A stretch of DNA of 18,581 nt from Thainema sp. (GCA_052168235.1 JBQLZK010000096.1:1-18581); one strand, 5' to 3'; positions 1 to 8,387 are shown, counted from the stretch's first letter. Notes: generated from the sequence alone by a model not told the origin. Numbers and translations are program-made.

Positions 1-52
1 CTTCTTTGTTAAACAGGGCGCTGCAGCCGTTTCCAAACCCCTACAGGATTAG

Positions 53-141
53 CTTTTTAAGGGGGGATCAAGGGGGGATCAATGCAGTATCTTCAACACC
101 CTACAGATCCCCCGCTGTCGCCGCCCCCTTAAAAAGGGGGC
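53..141. repeat. Nested palindromic REP-like element (CCCCCTTAAAAAGGGGG type)
   Basis: CTTTTTAAGGGGG (53-65) is the reverse complement of CCCCCTTAAAAAG (124-136). GGGGGATC (73-80) pairs with GATCCCCC (106-113). 123-141 is itself a hairpin, GCCCCCTT-AAA-AAGGGGGC. Resembles a dispersed intergenic repeat type recalled from cyanobacteria. Confidence 0.75.
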
Positions 142-207
142 TATTCACATCCTGCAACAGAGTCAACGTTGAAGAGAGAACACTCCAAACTCTAATAGCT
201 AGTTCAT

Positions 208-585
208 TAGTAATTAATACTTATCCATTTGCCACTAACCCATAAACGTTTGCTGCATTCGCTTAATGCCTAGCGACTAACGCTTATACCTTTATGGCAA
301 AAATATAAACAAACCGGATGAATCCTTAATGCTGAGCCACTAACGCTTATACATTTGTCGCTAACACATAAGCATTCGCTACACTTCTTCACTGCCTAGC
401 GACTAACGCTTATCCATTTGCCATTAACCCATAAGCCGTTCTCGCTTTAGCTAATTGATCAGCCGCTTCGCACATCTCGATAACGACTAACGCTAATTGA
501 TCAGCACCAAAGCAGATCTCCATCGCCGCTCTTGCTTTCTGCTCAACATCAACCCACATCTGCTCAAGCCCTATCCCTTAAACCT
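208..585. repeat. Degenerate tandem array of about 18 x 21-bp units with 63-bp and 42-bp higher-order periodicity
   Basis: Related units start at 208 (tagtaattaatacttatccat), 271 (tagcgactaacgcttatacct), 334 (gagccactaacgcttatacat), 397 (tagcgactaacgcttatccat) and 481 (taacgactaacgctaattgat). A second unit type occurs at 229, 355 and 418 (ttgccactaacccataaacgt-like). GCTAATTGATCAGC recurs at 450 and 492. All offsets are multiples of 21. Confidence 0.85.
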
Positions 586-808
586 TAAGGATTTTTGCTA
601 GCTCAACTGTGTCGCAATCGACTATTTGCCAAACGATAAGCGCAAAACCACCGAATCCGCTTAAAGACTTATCTGCCCTTGCGCCAGATCACATAAAGCT
701 TCCATATCCCCGTTGTCCTCAAAGGTAAACCCTAATCAGCCCTGCCCACCCTAAGCGGAAGCTGATCAGCCCATCACATCTACTATTCCGTTCAGGGAGT
801 ATCTACAT

Positions 809-1189
809 ATGGCACGAAGAAAACGTACTTCAAACGTTCTGCAAAAAGCAGAGCGCCGCGCCTCCGGCATGGGATCAATTGATACCCAACTTGATCTCGG
901 CAACGGCATGACCCTCCAATCCTTTTGGGACGACATCGACGACCTGCGCGACAAGCAGAAACAATACAACATGATGCTGTCTAACATTGATCGGCTATAC
1001 AACGACTTACTAGAAGCCGAAAAGACCCTCGCCGAAAAGTCTGAGCGCATGCTCAACGCCGTCGCCGTCGTCTATGGCCGCAATAGCTCCGAATATGAAA
1101 TGGCAGGCGGCACCCGTCGCCCCGAACGCCGTCGGTCTAGTCAATCCTCGGTAGGGTTTTCGATAGAAGGAGAATCCATCGCATCGTAG
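809..1189 (+). CDS. Hypothetical protein, 126 aa; basic N- and C-termini, helical/coiled-coil core
   Basis: ATG with AGGGAG RBS at 794-799. The pattern MARRKRTS..KAERRA..SID..LDLGNG..YGRNSSEYEMAGG resembles an uncharacterised cyanobacterial family (recalled, not searched). Heptad-like central region. Confidence 0.85.
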   Translation: MARRKRTSNVLQKAERRASGMGSIDTQLDLGNGMTLQSFWDDIDDLRDKQKQYNMMLSNIDRLYNDLLEAEKTLAEKSERMLNAVAVVYGRNSSEYEMAGGTRRPERRRSSQSSVGFSIEGESIAS

Positions 1190-1209
1190 CAGCAGATTTT
1201 ATGCATACC

Positions 1210-1276
1210 GTAGGGGCAGGTTTTGTTGATCCGTTTGGGTTTGAGATCAAAACGCGTTGGCTAAACCTGCCCCTAC
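1210..1276. repeat. GTAG-type REP-like inverted repeat
   Basis: Perfect 14-bp arms GTAGGGGCAGGTTT (1210-1223) and AAACCTGCCCCTAC (1263-1276) with a 39-nt spacer. A terminal GTAG is the hallmark of GTAG-family REPs. Confidence 0.75.
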
Positions 1277-1303
1277 AGATGTTTGTTTTTGGGCATATCA
1301 ACA

Positions 1304-1340
1304 AAAGAGCGATCGCACATCTATACTGCGATCGCTCTTT
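1304..1340. terminator. Hairpin built from two HIP1 sites; possible intrinsic terminator
   Basis: AAAGAGCGATCGCA (1304-1317) and TGCGATCGCTCTTT (1327-1340) with a 9-nt loop, A-run on the left and T-run on the right. Lies downstream of the 809-1189 gene. Confidence 0.55.
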
Positions 1341-1723
1341 GAGGTTTATGGGCTGAGCGTGATGATTTGATAGACCAACAAGGTGCGATCGCAATAATTT
1401 TCCGCTGATCCCAACGTACCAACAGCGAACGGTACTAAAATGAATTGCCGATTAGAGTCATACCTTTAAGCTGATTGATCAACATCTCACCCGATTATTT
1501 ATCATGGTTACAAGTAGATCACTTGAACTATCTTGAACTACAGGATAACGCCTATTGATTGTGGTGCGTTACAGCTACGAGCAGCGCTCAAGTTGCGCCA
1601 ACACCTGTCTGCACCTTACGAACTCCCCCGACTCCCTTTCCCTAACAACCTCGCTAACCGCAGCTCAACTGCTCTCCCTTGACAAGTCCTCTAAGCCCTC
1701 TCTCCCCTGATCTGACCTGACCA

Positions 1724-4255
1724 ATGCCTTCCTCCCCCGACTGGATTCGGCTACAGAAAGCGCTCTCGGTCGAAGCTGATAAAGGCTTCAATGACCTGGA
1801 GGGCAAGCAGTACCGTTTCAGTGAGTTCTTGCAGCTTAATTTTCAGCAGGCTCCGGCTGAATTGCCTACGGATGATCAGCGGCGCTGGCAAGAGTTCTCG
1901 GAGAGCTATGCCAGCTATTCCGACTACAGTTTTGCTCAGCGGCGGCATTTGGTAGCAGAGACGCGACGTTTTTTGCATCGGACGCAGAAAACGCTGGAGG
2001 AAGGAACACAGACAACGCTGGATTTCAGTGCGGCAGCCAATGCGAACAATGGTGCGAGTGCGTCGGGGCAAGGAACGGCGGTTCATACTCGTAAACTGAA
2101 AACGCCCAAAACAGTTCCTGCTACTGAACAGAAACCGTCCGGTACTCGCAAACCGCAGCTCGACCAATCGCTGACCTACCTGCCAGGGATTGGCCCAAAA
2201 AACAGCGATCGCTTAGCCAAGCTGGGTCTTTATACCGTCAAGGACATTCTGTATTACTTCCCGCGTGACCACATTGACTATGCGCGGCAGGTGACGATTA
2301 AGGATTTGGAACCGGGGGAAACGGTGACGCTGGTGGGCACGGTGAAGCGAGTGAGTTGCTTTACCAGTTCGCGCAACAGCAAGCTGACGATTTTTGAGCT
2401 GTTTGTGCAGGATGCGACAGGGCAAATCCGCATCAGTCGGTTTCTACCCGGTAATCGCTATGCCAGTCGCGGTTGGCAAGAGCAGGAAAAGCGCCGCTAT
2501 CCCCGTGGCTGCGTGATTGCGGCATCGGGACTGGTGAAAGCCAGCAAGTATGGCCTGACACTGGACAATCCCGACATTGAGGTGCTGGATCATACGGGCA
2601 GCTCGATTGAGTCGCTGACGGTGGGGCGGATTGTCCCCGTTTATCCGCTGACGGAAGATACGAAAGCCTACATGATTCGCAAAGCCGTGGTTGAAGCAAT
2701 GCCATCGGCAGTATTTCTGCGTGACCCATTGCCGCCCAAGCTGCGAGAACTGTACGGTTTGGTGGAATTGCCAGTTGCGATCGCGCATATTCACTTTCCC
2801 CCAGATCGCGCCGCACTGGAACTGGCACGACGACGACTGATTTTTGATGAGTTTTTCTACCTACAATTGGGACTCCTACGTCGCCGCTTGGAGCAGCGGC
2901 AAGAGCAAACTCGCGCCGTACTTGCACCGACAGGCCAACTGATCGACCAGTTTTACGAGATCATGCCGTTCCGGCTCACAGGCGCACAGGAGCGGGTGGT
3001 GAACGATATTTTGAACGATATTCAGGAACCCGTGCCGATGAATCGGCTGGTGCAGGGCGATGTCGGTTCCGGTAAGACCATCGTGGCGGTGATTGCAGCG
3101 CTGGCGGCGATTCAGTCTGGCTATCAGGTAGCGATGATGGCCCCCACCGAGGTACTGGCCGAGCAGCACTATCGCAAGCTGGTCAACTGGTTCAATTTGC
3201 TGCACCTGCCCGTCGAGCTGCTGACCGGATCGACGAAGACCAGCAAGCGGCGACAAATTCACAGCGAACTGCAAACGGGAGAATTACCGCTCCTCGTCGG
3301 CACCCACGCCCTGATTGAAGATCCGGTGCAGTTCAGCCGCTTGGGTCTAGTGGTGATTGACGAGCAGCATCGATTCGGCGTCCAGCAGCGGGCGCGGCTG
3401 CAGCAGAAAGGCGAGAATCCCCACGTTCTCACCCTCACCGCAACGCCAATTCCCCGCACTCTGGCGCTCACCCTGCATGGCGACCTGGACGTGAGCCAAA
3501 TTGACGAGCTGCCACCGGGGCGAAAACCGATTCAAACCACGGTGCTGGGTAATCGCGATCGCAACCATGCCTACGACTTAATTCGGCGAGAAATCGCCTC
3601 TGGGCAGCAGGTCTACATTGTCCTGCCATTAGTAGATGAGTCGGAAAAGCTAGATTTGCGCTCCGCCATCGAAGAACATCAGCGCTTGCAGGAAGTGGTG
3701 TTTCCGGACTTCGCGGTTGGCCTGCTGCACGGTCGCATGACCTCGGCAGAAAAGGATGAGGCAATTCAGGCATTCCGCGATCGCAAAACCGACGTTCTCG
3801 TTTCCACCACTGTTGTGGAAGTGGGTGTGGACGTACCCAATGCCACCGTGATGCTGATTGAACATGCCGAACGGTTTGGCCTCGCGCAACTGCACCAGCT
3901 CCGGGGTCGCGTCGGTCGCGGCGGCGACCAGTCATTCTGTATTCTCATGAGTAGTTCCAAAGCCGATACGGCACGTCAGCGGCTCCAGGTTTTGGCCCAG
4001 TCTCAAGACGGCTTCTTTATTGCTGAAATGGACATGCGATTTCGCGGCCCTGGCCAGGTGCTTGGCACCCGTCAGTCCGGTCTGCCCGATTTTGCGCTGG
4101 CCAGTTTGGTGGAAGATCAAGCCGTTTTGGAAATTGCCCGTGAAGCAGCGGAAAAGGTGCTGGCTAAAGATCCAGAACTGGAACAGTGGCCAGATCTGCG
4201 AGCGGAACTCGAATACCGCTACCGCAAACTAATGGGTGGCGCAATTTTGACTTAA
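1724..4255 (+). CDS. recG: ATP-dependent DNA helicase RecG
   Basis: Wedge-domain start LPGIGPK..LAKLGL, motif I RLVQGDVGSGKT, APTEVLAEQH, motif II VIDEQHRFGV, TATPIPRTL, TTVVEVGVDVPNA, AERFGLAQLHQLRGRVGRG, and TRG motif RGPG..LGTRQSG. Confidence 0.98.
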   Translation: MPSSPDWIRLQKALSVEADKGFNDLEGKQYRFSEFLQLNFQQAPAELPTDDQRRWQEFSESYASYSDYSFAQRRHLVAETRRFLHRTQKTLEEGTQTTLDFSAAANANNGASASGQGTAVHTRKLKTPKTVPATEQKPSGTRKPQLDQSLTYLPGIGPKNSDRLAKLGLYTVKDILYYFPRDHIDYARQVTIKDLEPGETVTLVGTVKRVSCFTSSRNSKLTIFELFVQDATGQIRISRFLPGNRYASRGWQEQEKRRYPRGCVIAASGLVKASKYGLTLDNPDIEVLDHTGSSIESLTVGRIVPVYPLTEDTKAYMIRKAVVEAMPSAVFLRDPLPPKLRELYGLVELPVAIAHIHFPPDRAALELARRRLIFDEFFYLQLGLLRRRLEQRQEQTRAVLAPTGQLIDQFYEIMPFRLTGAQERVVNDILNDIQEPVPMNRLVQGDVGSGKTIVAVIAALAAIQSGYQVAMMAPTEVLAEQHYRKLVNWFNLLHLPVELLTGSTKTSKRRQIHSELQTGELPLLVGTHALIEDPVQFSRLGLVVIDEQHRFGVQQRARLQQKGENPHVLTLTATPIPRTLALTLHGDLDVSQIDELPPGRKPIQTTVLGNRDRNHAYDLIRREIASGQQVYIVLPLVDESEKLDLRSAIEEHQRLQEVVFPDFAVGLLHGRMTSAEKDEAIQAFRDRKTDVLVSTTVVEVGVDVPNATVMLIEHAERFGLAQLHQLRGRVGRGGDQSFCILMSSSKADTARQRLQVLAQSQDGFFIAEMDMRFRGPGQVLGTRQSGLPDFALASLVEDQAVLEIAREAAEKVLAKDPELEQWPDLRAELEYRYRKLMGGAILT

Positions 4256-4300
4256 AATGCAGTTCCGTAACCGCTTTCCCAATTCCAAAGGCTAACCTTA

Positions 4301-4693
4301 GTGACCGAGAATCTAAAACTTGCTGTCAACGGCACCCTCATGCGCGGCCTTGCCCTCAATGGCAACCTCCTAGCCGTCAACGCCACCTTCCTCAAAGAAG
4401 CCAAAACCGAACCTGCCTATCGGCTGTGGTCAATCAACGACGTGCATCCCGCCATGATTCGTGTCCCCGAAGGCGGAGTTGCGATCGCAGTTGAAGTCTG
4501 GTCAGTCCCAGCAGATGGTATCGCCCAAGTTCTCCTCCAAGAACCCCCCGGCCTCAGCATCGGTAAAGTCAAACTGGAAGACGGCGAAACAGTACTGGGC
4601 GTCATTGGCGAACCGACTCTCTGCCAGGATCAGAAGGAGATTACAGAGTATGGGGGATGGAGGAATTATGTGGAGAAGGAGGGAAAGGAATAA
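4301..4693 (+). CDS. Gamma-glutamylcyclotransferase-fold protein resembling the allophanate hydrolase C-terminal domain
   Basis: GTG start. Motifs LAVNGTLMRG, YRLWSI, IAVEVW, PPGLSIGKVKLEDG and EITEYGGWRNY match the AtzF C-terminal/GGCT-like pattern. Confidence 0.85.
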   Translation: MTENLKLAVNGTLMRGLALNGNLLAVNATFLKEAKTEPAYRLWSINDVHPAMIRVPEGGVAIAVEVWSVPADGIAQVLLQEPPGLSIGKVKLEDGETVLGVIGEPTLCQDQKEITEYGGWRNYVEKEGKE

Positions 4694-4749
4694 GTGCTGA
4701 GTACTGAGCCAAAACTCAAAATTAGAACTCCTCACTCCTTACTCCTCTC
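4692..4749. repeat. Short heptamer tandem repeats (STRR-like)
   Basis: aagtgct-gagtact-gag, aaaactc-aaaatta-gaactc and ctcactc-cttactc units directly at the end of the CDS. Confidence 0.5.
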
Positions 4750-4798
4750 GCCTCACGATTCGAAAAATATTGGTCAATAGCTAGAGCTTCTATTTGAA

Positions 4799-5236
4799 AT
4801 GCCTATTCTGCACACGGTTGAAGCGATCACAACCGAGAAATCGATTGATATTTATAACCTGAATGAGCGTCTACAGGCGTTTATTGACTCGACTGGGATT
4901 CGTAACGGTCAGGCGCTGGTCTTTTCGCGACATACGACGACGGCGCTGGCGGTTAACGAGTACGAGGAACGACTGCTCGAAGATATTCGGGTTTACTTGG
5001 AAAAGCTAGCACCAAAGTGCGATCGCTATTTGCATAACGACCTGCATCTACGGGATGTGCCGGAAGACGAGCCGATGAATGCCCATTCGCACCTGATGGC
5101 GATGACCCTGAATAACAGCGAGGTGATTCCGATTGTGGACGGCAAGCTAGCGCTGGGAACTTACCAGTCTGTCTTTTTGATAGAACTGGACGGGCCACGG
5201 CAGCGGACGGTATTTTTTCAGGTTTTGGGAGATTAA
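4799..5236 (+). CDS. yjbQ: YjbQ/UPF0047 family protein (secondary thiamine-phosphate synthase-like)
   Basis: Motifs HTTTALAVNE, YLHND, NAHSHL, GKLALGTYQSVFLIELDGPRQR. Confidence 0.93.
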   Translation: MPILHTVEAITTEKSIDIYNLNERLQAFIDSTGIRNGQALVFSRHTTTALAVNEYEERLLEDIRVYLEKLAPKCDRYLHNDLHLRDVPEDEPMNAHSHLMAMTLNNSEVIPIVDGKLALGTYQSVFLIELDGPRQRTVFFQVLGD

Positions 5237-5275
5237 CGTTAAACCGCTGCGTTGGTTGGGATACAGGATACTCTG

Positions 5276-5323
5276 GGAGCGTTGGAACGTTGGAGCGTTA
5301 GAACGTCGGAACGTTCTAACGTT
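5276..5323. repeat. Octamer tandem repeat (GGAACGTT-like) x6
   Basis: ggagcgtt ggaacgtt ggagcgtt agaacgtc ggaacgtt ctaacgtt. Confidence 0.85.
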
Positions 5324-5484
5324 GAATTGTATAAATGTCTCAACCGGGCTGGTGACGATTCTATGATTCCGCAGACACAGTAAACCTGGCAGTACTGTGC
5401 TGTATTGGGAGCGAAATTGGGTTTACTTAAAATAGCTATTTGATATTCAGATCACGGCTTCACCCACTCATGGCCCCGTAGCCA

Positions 5485-6840
5485 ATGGAATCTAGTAACC
5501 CATCTCCAGACAGAATGTCACCAAATTGGACAACAGAGCAAGTTCTGGCTCTATCACCCGATGACAGCTCAACCAAAAACGCTAAGAAATTAGCGATCGC
5601 AACTAAATGGGAGAGTTTAAATCAAAATGACCAGGCGATCTGGGGAGCCTGCAAGGGCAGCGGCAAACAGCCGTATCGGACGCAAATTGACCTGACTGAA
5701 CCAGCTTTCAAGTGTAGCTGTCCCAGCCGCAAGTTCCCCTGCAAGCACGGTCTGGGGCTGTTTTTGATTTTTGCGGCGCAACCGGATACGCTCCAAACGG
5801 CAGAACCGCCGGATTGGGTGGCCGAGTGGTTGGAAAAGCGCAATCAGCGTCAACAGGCTCAAGCTGAGAAAAAAGCGGCTCCCAAAGATCCGGCGGCCCA
5901 GGCCAAGCGTGTGGCCAAGCGAGAAGAAAAAGTTCAGGCCGGGATTGCTGACCTGAAGCGCTGGCTAGAAGATGTTCTGCGGCGGGGATTGGCCTCTGTT
6001 CAGTCTGAATCTTACAGCTTTTGGGAAACACCAGTGGCTCGTTTGATTGATGCCCAGGCTGCCGGACTGGCCCGTGAACTGCGAGCAGCATCAAGTCTGC
6101 CCTATAGCGGCAACTCCCAGTGGCCGGAGCGGCTCTTGGCGCATCTCGGTCGGTTGTATTTGGCCTTGACGGGCTATGAGCGCTTGGAATCACTGCCTTC
6201 TGATCTGCAGGCCGATCTGCGATCGCTGGTTGGCTGGACGCAAAACCAAGATGAGTTGCTGGCTGATGATGCGGCCCAAGTGATCCGCGATCGCTGGTGC
6301 ATTTTGGGTAAGCGGGTTTTAGAAGAAGAACGGTTGAAGGTGCAGCGCACCTGGCTGTGGGGCGAGCAAACTCAGCAGGCAGCGCTGCTGCTCAGCTTTT
6401 CGGTGGCCAATCAGCCGTTTGATATCAGTTTTGTGCCGGGGATGAACGTGGATGCAGATTTGGTCTTTTTTCCGAGCGCCTATCCCCAGCGGGCTTTAGT
6501 TAAAACGCGCCACGCAATCCCGGAATCGTTAACAAGCATGTCCGGCTATGGGGCGATTGCTCTGGCATTAACGGCTTGGCGGCAAGCTCTGGCTCGAAAC
6601 CCCTGGTTGGACGTTTTTCCAATGGCGCTGCAAACGGTACATCTGCTGCAAGACGGGGAACAATGGTGCGTACGCGATGCCGCAGGGGATTGCTTACCCG
6701 TGAGTTTACCTGTCGCGCAACTTTGGGAAATTGTGGCTCTGGCAGGTGGACAACCTGTGACGGTCTTTGGGGAGTGGGCTCAACTCCACTTCACGCCGCT
6801 GGGCGTCTTTGCCGACAATCGCTATTGGGGGATTAACTAA
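5485..6840 (+). CDS. SWIM zinc-finger protein (YehQ-like); alternative start ATG at 5515
   Basis: WGACKGSGKQPY followed by the SWIM motif CSCPSRKFPCKH. First gene of a MoxR/VWA cluster. Its stop overlaps the next start (TAATG). Confidence 0.9.
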   Translation: MESSNPSPDRMSPNWTTEQVLALSPDDSSTKNAKKLAIATKWESLNQNDQAIWGACKGSGKQPYRTQIDLTEPAFKCSCPSRKFPCKHGLGLFLIFAAQPDTLQTAEPPDWVAEWLEKRNQRQQAQAEKKAAPKDPAAQAKRVAKREEKVQAGIADLKRWLEDVLRRGLASVQSESYSFWETPVARLIDAQAAGLARELRAASSLPYSGNSQWPERLLAHLGRLYLALTGYERLESLPSDLQADLRSLVGWTQNQDELLADDAAQVIRDRWCILGKRVLEEERLKVQRTWLWGEQTQQAALLLSFSVANQPFDISFVPGMNVDADLVFFPSAYPQRALVKTRHAIPESLTSMSGYGAIALALTAWRQALARNPWLDVFPMALQTVHLLQDGEQWCVRDAAGDCLPVSLPVAQLWEIVALAGGQPVTVFGEWAQLHFTPLGVFADNRYWGIN

Positions 6841-8387
6841 TGGATGTGTGGCAAGACGTGGTCAAGGCGGCCCTGATTGGCAGCGATCGCCAGCCGTTTG
6901 CTCTACCCGCTTTGGTGGATTCACCGCTGGCGAATATATTGGCTCAACTCGATGCCAGTTCACCCGCTGCCCATATGCTACAGGTTGCTGGCGTACTGGC
7001 TTTACACCGTCAGGCGAGCTGGACTGCGCCGCAACAGGATATACCGCTACCGGAACCCTGCGATCGCACTGATTTACCCTGCTGTAGTGCGATCGCAACT
7101 CAGCTTTTAGAGGGCATTCTGACCGGGGACGAGCGGGCATTACTGCCAGAATGGTTAAATCTGGCGGCACAGGCGGGTCAGCGAGTTTCACCAGAGATGT
7201 TGCCTAAGCTGCTGGATGTTGGTCGGCAAAACGTGCCGCTCCGACCCGCAATCCTGTTCGTTCTGGGCAAGCGGGGCCAGTGGCTGGCGGCTCAAAACGA
7301 CAGTTGGGATTATGCGCGCGATCGCAATCACTTAGATGTCAGGATCTGGGAGACGGGCACGACAGCGGATCGATTGGCGCTGCTGACGCAAGTGTGCGAT
7401 CGCAATCCTCAGCAGGGGCGCGAGCTGATTCAGTCAACCTGGAAAACTGAGGCCGCAGAGTTTCGCTCAGCCTGTTTGAAGATCATTACCCCCACCTTGG
7501 ACGCGGCAGATGAAGCGTGGTTGACCAAGGTATTCGCTAGCGATCGCAGTCGCCAGGTGCGCCAGGATGCGGCAGAATTGCTGATTGCGCTGCCCATGTC
7601 TGAGCTTGGCCAGCAGGTGCAGAACTGGGCTGAACCGCTGCTGGATTTTCAGTCGTCTGCCCAAACGGCTGTCCTCAACGTTCACCTGCCGACCACGTTC
7701 ACACCTGAGATGGAAAAACTGGGTCTCCAGCGCCGTCCTCCTGCGGGTATTGGCGAAAAAGCCGGGTGGCTTCAGCAACTGCTGGCTCGCGTGCCCCCGA
7801 GTCACTGGTGCGATCGCTGGCAGACCACTCCTGAACAACTGCTCTCGGCAGTAGATGACCAGTGGCAACCCGTCGTGCTGTATGGCTGGATGAAAGCGAC
7901 CAAACTCCATCGTGACTTGGTTTGGGCGACAGCGCTTTTGGATAATGTGGTGCAGCAAGCGCTCCAAAGCAATCAGGCAGATATATTCATTTGGCTGGAT
8001 GAAATTACCGAGGTGTTGTCTCCGACACATCTGGTGGATACGTGCTTGAGCCTGATTCAGCATCCCCAGCCAACCAATATGGCGATTGAAGTCCTGTTTT
8101 CACTACTCGATCTCTGCCAAACTGCTTGGCCCCTAGAGTTGACCGAATCCGTTATTGCCCTATTTTGCGATGCGGTCCAGAACCAGAATCGAGGATCAAA
8201 CTATTATTTTTGGCAGCACCGTCTACTCGGTTTTGCCTGCTATATCCAGCCGGAGCACTATGACTTGATTGCGCCTAGCTTACAAACTGCGATCGCAGAT
8301 CACGACTACTTTGCCAAACCGATTGATGACTGCTTAGGCCGTTTAGCGTTTCGTCAACGACTTCACCAAGCGTTTATTACCCCATGA
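6840..8387 (+). CDS. DUF5691-like helical protein
   Basis: N-terminal W..VKAALIGSDR, LLPEWL, LGKRGQWLAAQNDSW, WETGT..DRL, W..E.AEFR and DRSRQVR motifs. Position between SWIM and MoxR genes. ATGA overlap with the next gene. Confidence 0.8.
   Translation: MDVWQDVVKAALIGSDRQPFALPALVDSPLANILAQLDASSPAAHMLQVAGVLALHRQASWTAPQQDIPLPEPCDRTDLPCCSAIATQLLEGILTGDERALLPEWLNLAAQAGQRVSPEMLPKLLDVGRQNVPLRPAILFVLGKRGQWLAAQNDSWDYARDRNHLDVRIWETGTTADRLALLTQVCDRNPQQGRELIQSTWKTEAAEFRSACLKIITPTLDAADEAWLTKVFASDRSRQVRQDAAELLIALPMSELGQQVQNWAEPLLDFQSSAQTAVLNVHLPTTFTPEMEKLGLQRRPPAGIGEKAGWLQQLLARVPPSHWCDRWQTTPEQLLSAVDDQWQPVVLYGWMKATKLHRDLVWATALLDNVVQQALQSNQADIFIWLDEITEVLSPTHLVDTCLSLIQHPQPTNMAIEVLFSLLDLCQTAWPLELTESVIALFCDAVQNQNRGSNYYFWQHRLLGFACYIQPEHYDLIAPSLQTAIADHDYFAKPIDDCLGRLAFRQRLHQAFITP

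Noticed and set aside
6..245. 79-aa ORF
   Set aside because: TTG start, runs through the palindromic element and into the array, and has no protein-like features.
208..436. CRISPR array (about 38-bp repeat plus 25-bp spacer reading of the 63-bp period)
   Set aside because: Repeats are too divergent, the putative spacers resemble each other (cttaatgcc / cttaatgct / cttcactgcc) and fit the 21-bp register, and no cas genes are present.
1724..2160. N-terminal extension of RecG as a novel fusion
   Set aside because: A helical extension plus low-complexity linker is, to my knowledge, usual for cyanobacterial RecG.
1751..4232. Many antisense and alternate-frame ORFs within recG (likewise within the MoxR cluster, stomatin and peptidase genes)
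   Set aside because: Shadow ORFs overlapping well-supported genes, with no motifs.
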